Positions 37,243-46,079 of a DNA stretch of 64,000 nt are shown piece by piece. The DNA is taken from positions 5-64,004 of the forward strand of contig CAYJEO010000002.1 of assembly GCA_964369355.1 (NCBI GenBank), read 5' to 3'. Position 1 is the first letter of the stretch; each line of letters begins with the position of its first letter. The stretch comes from an uncultured Muribaculaceae bacterium (GTDB lineage Bacteria > Bacillota_I > Bacilli_A > RF39 > UBA660). Both the position numbers and the translations under genes were made by a program. The notes below the pieces were generated by a model, which searched no databases, was not told the origin of the DNA, and saw only the letters and a list, made by a program, of their open reading frames with translations.

Positions 37243-37679
37243 GAATAGTAGTTCAAAGATGTAGTAAAGCTAGCGTTAGCGTAGAAGATAAAGTAGTTGG
37301 AGAAATAAATAAAGGTTTAGTTTTATTAGTAGGATTTACAAAAGGTGATAATATAGATGATATTAATTATTTAATTGATAAAGTAATTAACTTAAGAATA
37401 TTTGAAGATTTAGAAGGTAAAATGAATAAATCTTTATTAGATATTGAAGGTTCTATTTTATCTATTTCACAATTTACTTTATATGCAGATTGTAAAAAAG
37501 GTAGACGCCCATCTTTTGTAGATGCACTATCAGGTGATGAATCTATTATTTTATATGATAAATTCAATGATCTATTAAGTAAAATAGTAAATGTAAAAAC
37601 AGGGGTATTTGGAGCAAGTATGGATGTATCTTTAACAAATCAAGGACCTGTAACAATAATTTTAGAAAGTAGGAAGTAA
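37239..37679 (+). CDS. dtd: D-aminoacyl-tRNA deacylase
   Basis: MRIVVQR...SQFTLYAD...GRRPSF...NQGPVTI. Confidence 0.92.
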   Translation: MRIVVQRCSKASVSVEDKVVGEINKGLVLLVGFTKGDNIDDINYLIDKVINLRIFEDLEGKMNKSLLDIEGSILSISQFTLYADCKKGRRPSFVDALSGDESIILYDKFNDLLSKIVNVKTGVFGASMDVSLTNQGPVTIILESRK

Positions 37680-37680
37680 G

Positions 37681-38730
37681 ATGATTAAAAACAAATTAGA
37701 TTTTAAATTAGTAAATATAGCAATTATCTGTTTAATTGTATTTCTAATTTATCAAACAAGTACAGTATGGTTAGGATTTATAAATGATATTATATATATC
37801 GGATTACCATTTTTCTTTGCATTTGCAATTGCTTATGCACTATATCCATCAGTACAATTTTTAGAAAGAAAGAAATTACCTAAGGGGTTAAGTATAGCTA
37901 TAGTATTAGCATCAGTTGCTTTAATATTAGCATTAGTATTGGTATTAGTAGTGCCATTATTATTTGAACAATCTCAATCTTTATTTAATGGTATATTAAC
38001 ATTTATAACAGACTTATCAGTTAAATGGGATGTTAATTTAGGTGATTTATCAGCTACATTAGATGAGTCTTTTGATAAAATAATAGCAAGTATGAGTGAG
38101 TATGTTTCAAATGGAGCAATTTCTTTTCTAAATGCTTCATTAGCAGCTGTAACTAACTTTTTTATAGTGTTAGCAGCATCTATTTATTTTTTAATAGATA
38201 TGGATAAAATTAGAACTAGAGCTAAGAAGTTTTTCAAAAGAACGTCTTTGAAAACTTTTGAATATTTTAAAACATTAGATCATGAAATGAAACAATATTT
38301 AATTGGATTTATTAAAATATCTTTAATTTCTGTTGTTGAATATTTCTTAGTTTACCAAATTATTGGTCATCCAAATGCTTTATTAATTGGTTTCTTGGCT
38401 TTAATTGGTGGTTTAGTTCCATATTTTGGAGGTATGATTGTAAATGTAATCGCAGCAATAACTGCATCAGTAGTATCGCCACAATTACTTTTATATACAG
38501 TAATAGCATTTATTATATTAGCCCAAGTAGATGGTTATTTAATTAACCCTTTAGTATATGGTAAATCAAATAAAATTCATCCATTAGTTGGTATCGTCGC
38601 AGTATTTGCTTTCGGTTATTTAATGGGTATAGTAGGAGTTATTATTGCAATGCCTTTAGCAATAGCTATAATAGCAACTTATAGATTTTTCAAAGAAGAT
38701 ATTTTATATAAAATATCAGGTGTAAAATAA
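37681..38730 (+). CDS. AI-2E family transporter (PerM/UPF0118)
   Basis: 8-TM protein with family-typical PYFGG and INPLVYG segments. Confidence 0.75.
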   Translation: MIKNKLDFKLVNIAIICLIVFLIYQTSTVWLGFINDIIYIGLPFFFAFAIAYALYPSVQFLERKKLPKGLSIAIVLASVALILALVLVLVVPLLFEQSQSLFNGILTFITDLSVKWDVNLGDLSATLDESFDKIIASMSEYVSNGAISFLNASLAAVTNFFIVLAASIYFLIDMDKIRTRAKKFFKRTSLKTFEYFKTLDHEMKQYLIGFIKISLISVVEYFLVYQIIGHPNALLIGFLALIGGLVPYFGGMIVNVIAAITASVVSPQLLLYTVIAFIILAQVDGYLINPLVYGKSNKIHPLVGIVAVFAFGYLMGIVGVIIAMPLAIAIIATYRFFKEDILYKISGVK

Positions 38731-38755
38731 ATCAAATTTAATTTGATTTTTTTTA
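38730..38755 (+). terminator. Intrinsic terminator
   Basis: aatcaaa/tttgatt stem with a 5-nt loop and a T-tract. Confidence 0.6.
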
Positions 38756-38808
38756 TTTACTTTAAAATTAAATATGTTATAATAATCACTAATAAAAGAG
38801 GTGATTAT

Positions 38809-39282
38809 ATGCTTTATTATGTAGTTTTATCCAAAGTAACAAAATTAAGAGACAACCATGTAGTAATAACTCCTTATGATGTTGTAAAACTAGAGTATGA
38901 TGGTAATGTTTATAAAAAAGATAATTTAGTATATGAATCTATAACTGAAAACATATTTAAAAATGAAAATGATATAGTTAATTTTGTAATAGAAAAAGAA
39001 ATTATGAATAAGTTATTAATCAATTATACTTTTGAAGAAGCTAAAGACATTATCTTATCTGATTTAGATAATAACAGTCTTCTTTTTAAAAAAACAGAAA
39101 AAGAGATATATGCTTTATACATAGATAAAATAACTAGTCAAATGGATAAATATAAATTTAATTTACCACTAGTACTTTCCTATGATCCAGTAAATATTAG
39201 TGATTATTTAGAAGTAGAAGATATAGTTTATTCTACTCCTTCGCAAGATATTAATAGATATTATTATTATAAAAAAAATTAA
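38809..39282 (+). CDS. Hypothetical 157-aa protein, paralogous to the N-terminal domain of the following ATPase
   Basis: ATG 38809 follows aagaggtga. MLYYVVLSKV...VVITPYDVVKLEYDGNVYKK...FKNEND aligns with the ATPase N-terminus MKKYYVVCDTV...VKIFPVDVLCLEK..GKIVYKS...FKKNDY. Confidence 0.65.
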   Translation: MLYYVVLSKVTKLRDNHVVITPYDVVKLEYDGNVYKKDNLVYESITENIFKNENDIVNFVIEKEIMNKLLINYTFEEAKDIILSDLDNNSLLFKKTEKEIYALYIDKITSQMDKYKFNLPLVLSYDPVNISDYLEVEDIVYSTPSQDINRYYYYKKN

Positions 39283-39294
39283 GAGGTGTGTTTT

Positions 39295-40701
39295 ATGAAA
39301 AAATATTATGTTGTATGTGATACAGTAAAAATTAATAATTTAAAAGTTAAAATTTTTCCGGTTGATGTTTTATGTTTAGAAAAAATAGAAGAAAATGGTA
39401 AAATTGTATACAAATCTGGAAAAAAAGAGTATAAAGGGTTATCTGATGAATTATTTAAAAAAAATGATTATGTAGTTGCTTTAGAAATCAATAAAAATTT
39501 TATTGAAGCTTTAGAATCTGAAAGAATAGATTTTAGTGTTGAAGAAATTGAATATGTTATTGACACTTTAAAAAATTATGACTTTGAATTTAAAAAAATG
39601 AATAGTGGAAATACATTTACTTATTTGAATAAAACAACAAAAAAATTCAATGGGAAAAAATTAAAGCAAAATGAATCTCATGTTTCTTTTAAATTTGATG
39701 TAACTGATTATTTTGATAATGAATATAACAATTTAGTAAAAAAACATAATTTAATTAAGATAAAAACTGAAGAAAAAAGTATTGAAGAAGAACAACCCTT
39801 AACTAAAGAAGAACTATTTAAAAAGTTAGCACCTCATTTAAAAAAACTAGAAAAGTTAAAAGGTCTTGATAATATAATTGAGCAAATTGAAGAATTAGTT
39901 AGTTTAGCTATGTATGAAAGATATCACACTTCTAAAACAAAAGAAGAAATTAAAACTAGTTTATTAAGTAAAAATATAAACTTCGCATTTATAGGTGATG
40001 CTGGTACGGGTAAGACTACTGTAGCTTATACTTTAGCTAAAATATTATCTATTTTAGGTTATTCATCTTCTTCTAAAGTAACAAAATTAGTACCTTCTGA
40101 TTTTATAGGTGCGTATGTGGGACATACAGAAGAAAGAACAAAAGAAATTTTTACTCAAAATAAAGGTGGAATTATAATAATTGATGAAGCTTATCAATTT
40201 GCAGTAGGTGAGCAAAATTTTTCTCAAAAAGCTGTTACTGAAATTTTAAAAGAATTAGAAACTTCAACTGCTAGTGATTTAAGTTTAAAGCAATTAGAAA
40301 ATAAAATATCATTTTTCTTTTTAGGATATGAAAAAGAAATGAAAGAATTATTTAAAATGAATTCTGGTTTAAAATCTAGAATGGCTAAAGTATTAGAATT
40401 TAAAAACTATACAAATGAACAATTATTAGAAATAACTAAGTCTTTAATTGTAGAAGAAAAGTTTATTATTAGTGATCATTTATTAGATTTACTATTAAAA
40501 ATAATAAATGAAGAAAGTTGCAAACCTAACTTTGGTGCTGCAAGATTTGCTAAAAGTTTAGCTGATAAAGTATTAAATAAACATAAATGTAATATAGTGC
40601 TTAATGATTTAGAAGAAGATTTTATTATTAATAAAGAAGATATTGATTATTCAACTTTAACTAAGTTAGATGTAAAGAAAAAAGTAAAAGTAGGGTTTTA
40701 A
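39295..40701 (+). CDS. AAA+ ATPase of the CbbX/SpoVK/EccA type with a 200-aa N-terminal extension
   Basis: Walker A GDAGTGKTTVA, Walker B IIIIDEAY, and LGY..S..V......DFIGAYVGHTEERTKE as in CbbX-type ATPases. ATG 39295 follows aagaggtg. Confidence 0.8.
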   Translation: MKKYYVVCDTVKINNLKVKIFPVDVLCLEKIEENGKIVYKSGKKEYKGLSDELFKKNDYVVALEINKNFIEALESERIDFSVEEIEYVIDTLKNYDFEFKKMNSGNTFTYLNKTTKKFNGKKLKQNESHVSFKFDVTDYFDNEYNNLVKKHNLIKIKTEEKSIEEEQPLTKEELFKKLAPHLKKLEKLKGLDNIIEQIEELVSLAMYERYHTSKTKEEIKTSLLSKNINFAFIGDAGTGKTTVAYTLAKILSILGYSSSSKVTKLVPSDFIGAYVGHTEERTKEIFTQNKGGIIIIDEAYQFAVGEQNFSQKAVTEILKELETSTASDLSLKQLENKISFFFLGYEKEMKELFKMNSGLKSRMAKVLEFKNYTNEQLLEITKSLIVEEKFIISDHLLDLLLKIINEESCKPNFGAARFAKSLADKVLNKHKCNIVLNDLEEDFIINKEDIDYSTLTKLDVKKKVKVGF

Positions 40702-40704
40702 ATA

Positions 40705-40734
40705 TTGACTTTGTTACATAAAACAAAGTATAAT
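40705..40734 (+). promoter_or_regulatory. Promoter of the hisS-aspS leader
   Basis: TTGACT (40705-40710), an 18-nt spacer, then TATAAT (40729-40734). Confidence 0.65.
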
Positions 40735-40740
40735 TAATAC

Positions 40741-40939
40741 ATAATTATTGTTTAAGAGAAGTATTTATAAAATATTTAAAGAGAGCTTGTGGTTGGTGTA
40801 AACAAGTAATAGTTTATAAAGAAAGACACTTATACTAAAGATAATTCGCATATCTGCGTTAAAGATTTAAGTGTATAGCAAAGTCTATAAATTAAGGTGG
40901 TATCGCGGTAATTCGTCCTTAAATTTATAGGCTTTTTTT
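40741..40939 (+). promoter_or_regulatory. T-box riboswitch leader with terminator/antiterminator
   Basis: AGAGAG and GGTGTAA Stem I elements (40789-40800). Specifier region gaaaGACACtt (40821-40831). T-box sequence aattaaGGTGGTAtCGCGg (40890-40908). Terminator ctataaattaagg...ccttaaatttatag plus gcttttttt (40885-40939). Confidence 0.85.
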
Positions 40940-40959
40940 ATATAAAAGGAGAGATTAAT

Positions 40960-42237
40960 ATGATACAAAAACCAAAAGGAACTTATGATTTAAATGGAAT
41001 AAACGGTAAAAAAGTTTTATATTTACAAGGTATATTAGAAGCTTTAATGCAAAAATATAATTTTGAATATATTAGAACGCCTTTATTTGAAGCATCTTCA
41101 TTATTTAAAAGAGGAGTAGGAGATACAACGGATATTGTTTCTAAAGAAACTTATGATTTTATTGATAGAGGTAATAGAGAGATGACTCTACGCCCAGAAG
41201 GAACTGCAGGAGCTGTTAGATCATTTATAGAAAATAAAATACATGGGTTACCAAATATGCCTTATAAATGTTGGTATTTTGGTCCTATGTATAGATATGA
41301 AAGACCACAATCAGGACGTTTTAGAGAGTTTTATCAATTCGGTGTAGAAGCTTTTGGATCTAATGATCCTATGTTAGATGCAGAAATTATTAGTATTCCT
41401 GTAAATTTTTATAAAATTTTAGGATTAAAAGGATTAAAAGTAAATATAAATACATTAGGTGATGAAGAATCTAGATTAGCATATAAAAATGCTTTATTAG
41501 CTTATTTTAAACCTTATTTAAATGAAATGTGTGATGATTGTAAATCTAGATATGAAAAAAATCCATTAAGATTATTAGATTGTAAAATAGACTCTAAAAA
41601 AGAATTTTTTAAAGATGTACCTAAAATGTCAGATTATTTAAATGAAGAATCTAAAAAACATTTTGAAGATGTTTGTTCATATTTAGATATTTTAGATATT
41701 GAATACGTTGTTAATACTTCTTTAGTTAGAGGATTAGATTACTATACACATACAGTATTTGAAGTAGAAGCTTCTGTTGAAGGTTTTGGAGCACAAAATG
41801 TATTATGCGGTGGTGGAAGATATAATAAACTAGTAGAAATGCTTGATGGACCTAAAACTGCAGGTGTTGGTTTTGCTTTAGGTTTTGAAAGATTATTAAC
41901 TGCACTAGAATTTGAAAATATTGATTTAATTAAAGAAATAAGCATTGATGCTTATATAATACCTATGAATAATGATTACAAAGCGTATAGTTTTAGTTTA
42001 TTAAATACTTTAAGACTAAATGGATTTAATGTTGATATTGATTATATGGATAGAAATATAAAATCTAATTTTAAACAAGCTGATAGATTAAATAGTAAAA
42101 TGGTTATTTTAGTAGGTGAAGAAGAAGTTAGTACTAATATTTTAACTATTAAAAATAATAAAACTTTAGAAGAATATAAAGTAAGTACTGAAAATTTAAT
42201 TGAATTTTTAGATACTAATATAAGTGAGGTAGAATAA
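40960..42237 (+). CDS. hisS: Histidine--tRNA ligase
   Basis: Class II motifs (MTLRPEGT, FRYERPQSGRFREFYQ, GGGRY) and an anticodon-binding C-terminus. Confidence 0.93.
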   Translation: MIQKPKGTYDLNGINGKKVLYLQGILEALMQKYNFEYIRTPLFEASSLFKRGVGDTTDIVSKETYDFIDRGNREMTLRPEGTAGAVRSFIENKIHGLPNMPYKCWYFGPMYRYERPQSGRFREFYQFGVEAFGSNDPMLDAEIISIPVNFYKILGLKGLKVNINTLGDEESRLAYKNALLAYFKPYLNEMCDDCKSRYEKNPLRLLDCKIDSKKEFFKDVPKMSDYLNEESKKHFEDVCSYLDILDIEYVVNTSLVRGLDYYTHTVFEVEASVEGFGAQNVLCGGGRYNKLVEMLDGPKTAGVGFALGFERLLTALEFENIDLIKEISIDAYIIPMNNDYKAYSFSLLNTLRLNGFNVDIDYMDRNIKSNFKQADRLNSKMVILVGEEEVSTNILTIKNNKTLEEYKVSTENLIEFLDTNISEVE

Positions 42238-43979
42238 TGAAAAAACATATGAATGAATCTTTAAATATTAATAACTTATATCAAGAAGTAAACTTAAAAG
42301 GTTGGGTTTCTAAAAAAAGAGATTTAGGTGGATTAATATTTATAGATTTAAGAGATAGATCTGGTATTATTCAATTAGTAGTAAGACCTGATAATAAATT
42401 TTATGAATTAGCATCAACTTTAAAAAGTGAAGATGTTATTGAAGTAGAAGGTGTTATTTGTGCAAGAGAAAGTGTTAATAAAAATATAAAAACTGGAGAA
42501 ATAGAAGTAATAGTTAATAATTTAATTATTATAAATAAATCAATAGACACTCCTTTTGAAATAAATGATAATGCTAAAGTGTCTGAAGATACTAGATTAA
42601 AATATAGATATTTAGATATGAGAAGAAGTCAAATTAAAGATAGATTAATTGCAAGAAGTAAAATAACTTCAATAATTAGAAATTTCTTTATCGAAAATGA
42701 TTTTTTAGAAATAGAAACTCCTATTTTATGTAAATCTACTCCAGAAGGTGCAAGAGATTATTTAGTTCCTTCAAGAGTTAATAAAGGTAAATTTTATGCT
42801 TTACCACAATCTCCACAACAATACAAACAATTACTTATGATAGGCGGTTTAGAGCGTTACTTTCAAATTGCTAAATGTTTTAGAGATGAAGATTTAAGAG
42901 CTGATAGACAACCTGAATTTACTCAAGTAGATGTTGAAATGAGTTTTGTTAATGAAGAAGATGTAATGTCTACTATTGAAAACTTAATGTATAAATTATT
43001 TAAAGAATACAAAGGTATTGAAATTAATTTACCTTTAAATAAATTAAAATATGTTGATGCTATTAATTTTTATGGTTCTGATAAACCTGATTTAAGATTT
43101 GATATGAAAATTAATGATATTACAAATATTTTTAAAAATACAGAAATTACATTTTTTAAACAAAATATAGAAAACAATGGTATTATTAACTGTTTAGTTG
43201 TTAAAAATGCTGCTGATAAATTTAGTCGTAAAGATATAGATAAATTAACTGATTATGTTAAAACTTATAAAGCATCTGGTTTAGCTTTCTTAAAAGTAGA
43301 AGATAGTATTACTGGTTCTATTGCTAAAGTATTAACAGATACTGAAATTAATAATTTAAAACAACAATTATCTTTAGAAACTAATGATTTAGTTTTAATT
43401 ATTTCTGATAAAGAAAAAGTAGTAAAAACTGCTTTAGGTTCATTAAGATCTAAATTAGGATCTGATTTAGAATTATATGATAAATCTATTTATAATTTAT
43501 CTTGGGTAGTAGATTTCCCTGCATTTGAATGGGATGAAGAAGAACAAAGATTCTTTGCTTGTCATCATCCATTTACTTCTCCTAAAGATAGTGATATTGA
43601 AAAATTAGTTACTGATAAGGCTAATTGTTATTCTAAGGCTTATGACTTAGTTATTAATGGTTATGAAGCGGGTGGAGGTTCTATTCGTATTCATGATGCT
43701 GATGTTCAGAAAAAAATGTTTGATGCACTAGGTTTAGAAGAAGATGAAATAAAAGAAAAATTTGGTTTCTTTATTGAAGCATTTAAATATGGTGCTCCAA
43801 ACCATGGTGGACTTGCTTTAGGGTTAGATAGATTAGTTATGTTATTAACTAATACTGAAAACATTAGAGATGTTATTGCTTTCCCTAAAACTGCATCTGC
43901 GTCTGATTTAATGTGTGAATGTCCTAATGTAGTTGATGTAAAACAATTAAATGAATTAGGTTTAGAAATTAAAAAATAA
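42237..43979 (+). CDS. aspS: Aspartate--tRNA ligase
   Basis: OB-fold N-terminus, QSPQQYKQLLM, FRDEDLRADRQPEFTQ and GGLALGLDR. The ATG overlaps the hisS TAA. Confidence 0.93.
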   Translation: MKKHMNESLNINNLYQEVNLKGWVSKKRDLGGLIFIDLRDRSGIIQLVVRPDNKFYELASTLKSEDVIEVEGVICARESVNKNIKTGEIEVIVNNLIIINKSIDTPFEINDNAKVSEDTRLKYRYLDMRRSQIKDRLIARSKITSIIRNFFIENDFLEIETPILCKSTPEGARDYLVPSRVNKGKFYALPQSPQQYKQLLMIGGLERYFQIAKCFRDEDLRADRQPEFTQVDVEMSFVNEEDVMSTIENLMYKLFKEYKGIEINLPLNKLKYVDAINFYGSDKPDLRFDMKINDITNIFKNTEITFFKQNIENNGIINCLVVKNAADKFSRKDIDKLTDYVKTYKASGLAFLKVEDSITGSIAKVLTDTEINNLKQQLSLETNDLVLIISDKEKVVKTALGSLRSKLGSDLELYDKSIYNLSWVVDFPAFEWDEEEQRFFACHHPFTSPKDSDIEKLVTDKANCYSKAYDLVINGYEAGGGSIRIHDADVQKKMFDALGLEEDEIKEKFGFFIEAFKYGAPNHGGLALGLDRLVMLLTNTENIRDVIAFPKTASASDLMCECPNVVDVKQLNELGLEIKK

Positions 43980-43983
43980 GTAA

Positions 43984-44009
43984 AAAAGATATCATTTTTG
44001 ATATCTTTT
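43984..44009. terminator. Bidirectional terminator palindrome with the same 11-bp stem as at 21118
   Basis: aaaagatatca (43984-43994), tttt loop, tgatatctttt (43999-44009). Confidence 0.7.
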
Positions 44010-44313
44010 AAATTTGCTTAATTTTATTATTTAACTTATCTAATGTAGTAGATATTTTGTTTTTTTCAGCTTTTTCTAATACATACCATCCTTTACTAAA
44101 AGATAATTCATATAAACTTCTTTGTAAAGTTCTAATATCTTCGTAAAAGTTTTTTAGTTTAGAATATAATTGCTCATTACTTGCTTCATTTAATGCGATA
44201 TTTAAATTTGTTGACATGTTTTTTTCAATTATTAAAACACTAGTTAAATAATCTAATTCATTCATTAATTCATTTTCTAAAACTGCAACTTTAGGCATTG
44301 ATACATTATTCAT
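44008..44313 (-). CDS. CotF-like spore coat protein family member
   Basis: The Coat_F pattern LNEASNEQLYSKLKNFYEDIRTLQRSLYELSFSKGWY. Confidence 0.6.
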   Translation of the reverse strand: MNNVSMPKVAVLENELMNELDYLTSVLIIEKNMSTNLNIALNEASNEQLYSKLKNFYEDIRTLQRSLYELSFSKGWYVLEKAEKNKISTTLDKLNNKIKQI

Positions 44314-44509
44314 AATTACCTCCTAAAATATTAGTAATTTCTGTACATATATTTTTATGTGTATTACATACTTGATCTAGCATATTTAAAATGTCAATTT
44401 CTTTAATATCTTTTTTAATACTATTAACTTGTTTACAAGCATTAAAATTCCATTCAAATATATCTTCTAAATATGATAAATCTTTTGTTGAAATAATATT
44501 TGGTACCAT
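44306..44509 (-). CDS. Hypothetical 67-aa protein co-transcribed with the CotF-like gene
   Basis: Overlaps the downstream gene start by 8 nt. SD ggagaa on the minus strand. No family recognised. Confidence 0.5.
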   Translation of the reverse strand: MVPNIISTKDLSYLEDIFEWNFNACKQVNSIKKDIKEIDILNMLDQVCNTHKNICTEITNILGGNYE

Positions 44510-44610
44510 ATAATTCTCCTTTCATATATATATTGTTTTAATACATATAAATTTATACATTATTATAAAATAAATTGGATTATTTTTAATATTTGTGATA
44601 TACTATAAAT

Positions 44611-44820
44611 ACCTAGGGTAGTAAGCTTGTATGAAAAATCTATAATAAAACGATAAGGGAGTCAAAAGAGTAGATGGTGTTGAATACTTTAATTTATTAA
44701 GGGATCCTAAAATCTATTTCGGTGACACCCACCTTGGAAACATGGTTTTATCGTTATAGCCCTATCTTAGGTAATAATTAGTAATTTAAACAAATAAGTC
44801 TTAGATTTATTTGTTTTTTA
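44611..44820 (+). ncRNA. Structured about 200-nt sRNA; candidate 6S RNA (SsrS/BsrA-like)
   Basis: Own promoter: TTGGAT 44575-44580, 18 nt, then TGaTATACT 44596-44604. G+C is locally elevated. Long-range pairing: acctagg (44611-17) with cttaggt (44766-72), aacgataa (44649-56) with ttatcgtt (44748-55), ggtgt (44676-80) with acacc (44725-29). Own terminator: aaacaaataa/tttatttgtt plus Ts (44788-44820). No ORF. It lies upstream of tcdA, where I recall B. subtilis has bsrA. Confidence 0.45.
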
Positions 44821-44857
44821 ATACGTTTTTATGGTAAAATTATTATTAGGTGATTAT

Positions 44858-45553
44858 ATGCAGTATGAAAGATTAAAACTTTTAGTAGGATTAGACAATC
44901 TAAATAAAATTAAAGATACAACAGTACTTATAATAGGTTTAGGTGGAGTAGGGAGTTATGCTTTAGAATCTTTAGTTAGATCAGGAGTAAATAACTTAAT
45001 AATTGTTGATAACGATACAATAGATATTACTAATTTAAATAGACAATTAATGACTAATTTAAATAATGTAGGACTTAATAAAACTGATGTATGGGAAAAA
45101 CGAATTTTAGAAATTAATAAAGACTGCAATATAACTAAAATAACTAACTTTATAACAAAAGAAAATATAGACACTTTATTTTCTACAAAAATAGATTATA
45201 TAGTAGATGCTTGTGACACTATAGAAACTAAAAAAGAATTAATAAGACAAAGTATTAAAAGAGATATTAAATTAATATCATCTATGGGAACAGGTAATAA
45301 ATTAGACCCATCTAAATTAGAAATAATAGATATAAGAAAAACTAGTTATGATCCAATTGCTAAAATACTTAGAAAAATGGTAAAAGACGAAAGAATAAAT
45401 AAAAAAATAAATGTTATTTGTTCCAAAGAAGAATCAATTAAAACAAATAGCAAAACTATAGCATCTAACTCTTTTGTACCAGCAACAGCAGGATTATTAT
45501 GCACAAGTTATATAATAAATGATATAGTAGGTGAAACATGCAAAAACAATTAA
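44858..45553 (+). CDS. tcdA: tRNA threonylcarbamoyladenosine dehydratase (ThiF/E1-like)
   Basis: Rossmann motif GLGGVGSY, D.D....NLNRQ, and the YrvM/TcdA size and pattern. ATG 44858 follows aggtga. Confidence 0.8.
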   Translation: MQYERLKLLVGLDNLNKIKDTTVLIIGLGGVGSYALESLVRSGVNNLIIVDNDTIDITNLNRQLMTNLNNVGLNKTDVWEKRILEINKDCNITKITNFITKENIDTLFSTKIDYIVDACDTIETKKELIRQSIKRDIKLISSMGTGNKLDPSKLEIIDIRKTSYDPIAKILRKMVKDERINKKINVICSKEESIKTNSKTIASNSFVPATAGLLCTSYIINDIVGETCKNN

Positions 45554-46065
45554 AACAAATAATTAAAAATATGGATACAAGCCTACTTGGTATAGGTATT
45601 AAAGAAGAAGCTTTAATTAAAGAAATTGATAAAAATAAAAAAATTTTTACATGTGATTTAATTAATTCTTATACAAAAGAAGATAAAAAGCAAAAAAAAG
45701 GTAAAAAAGTAAAAAAAACATCATTTAAAAAAATGAAAAAACAATATAAGAAAAACAAAGTAAAATATGTATTATGTAATATAGAAGAAATAAGTGACTT
45801 AGCACGCGTATTTATTAGATTTAATATATATGTAAATAAAGGTGTTACTTATATATATGCTTCAAAAGATTATGATTTTGATAAATTAGTAAGAAGATAT
45901 AAAAGATATACAACTGATTATAAATTAGTACAATATAATGATTATTATATTTTAGAAATAAATACATTAAATACAAAAAATAAAAAAATAAAAGAATTTT
46001 TCTATTCAATAATAGATTTTTTAGAAGATATGATTGATCTATTAGGAGATGTTTTAGTAAATTAG
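45538..46065 (+). CDS. Hypothetical protein with a lysine-rich central segment
   Basis: Overlaps the tcdA end by 16 nt. The central segment reads KKQKKGKKVKKTSFKKMKKQYKKNK. No family recognised. Confidence 0.5.
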   Translation: MQKQLKQIIKNMDTSLLGIGIKEEALIKEIDKNKKIFTCDLINSYTKEDKKQKKGKKVKKTSFKKMKKQYKKNKVKYVLCNIEEISDLARVFIRFNIYVNKGVTYIYASKDYDFDKLVRRYKRYTTDYKLVQYNDYYILEINTLNTKNKKIKEFFYSIIDFLEDMIDLLGDVLVN

Positions 46066-46079
46066 TAAGGAAGATAGAT

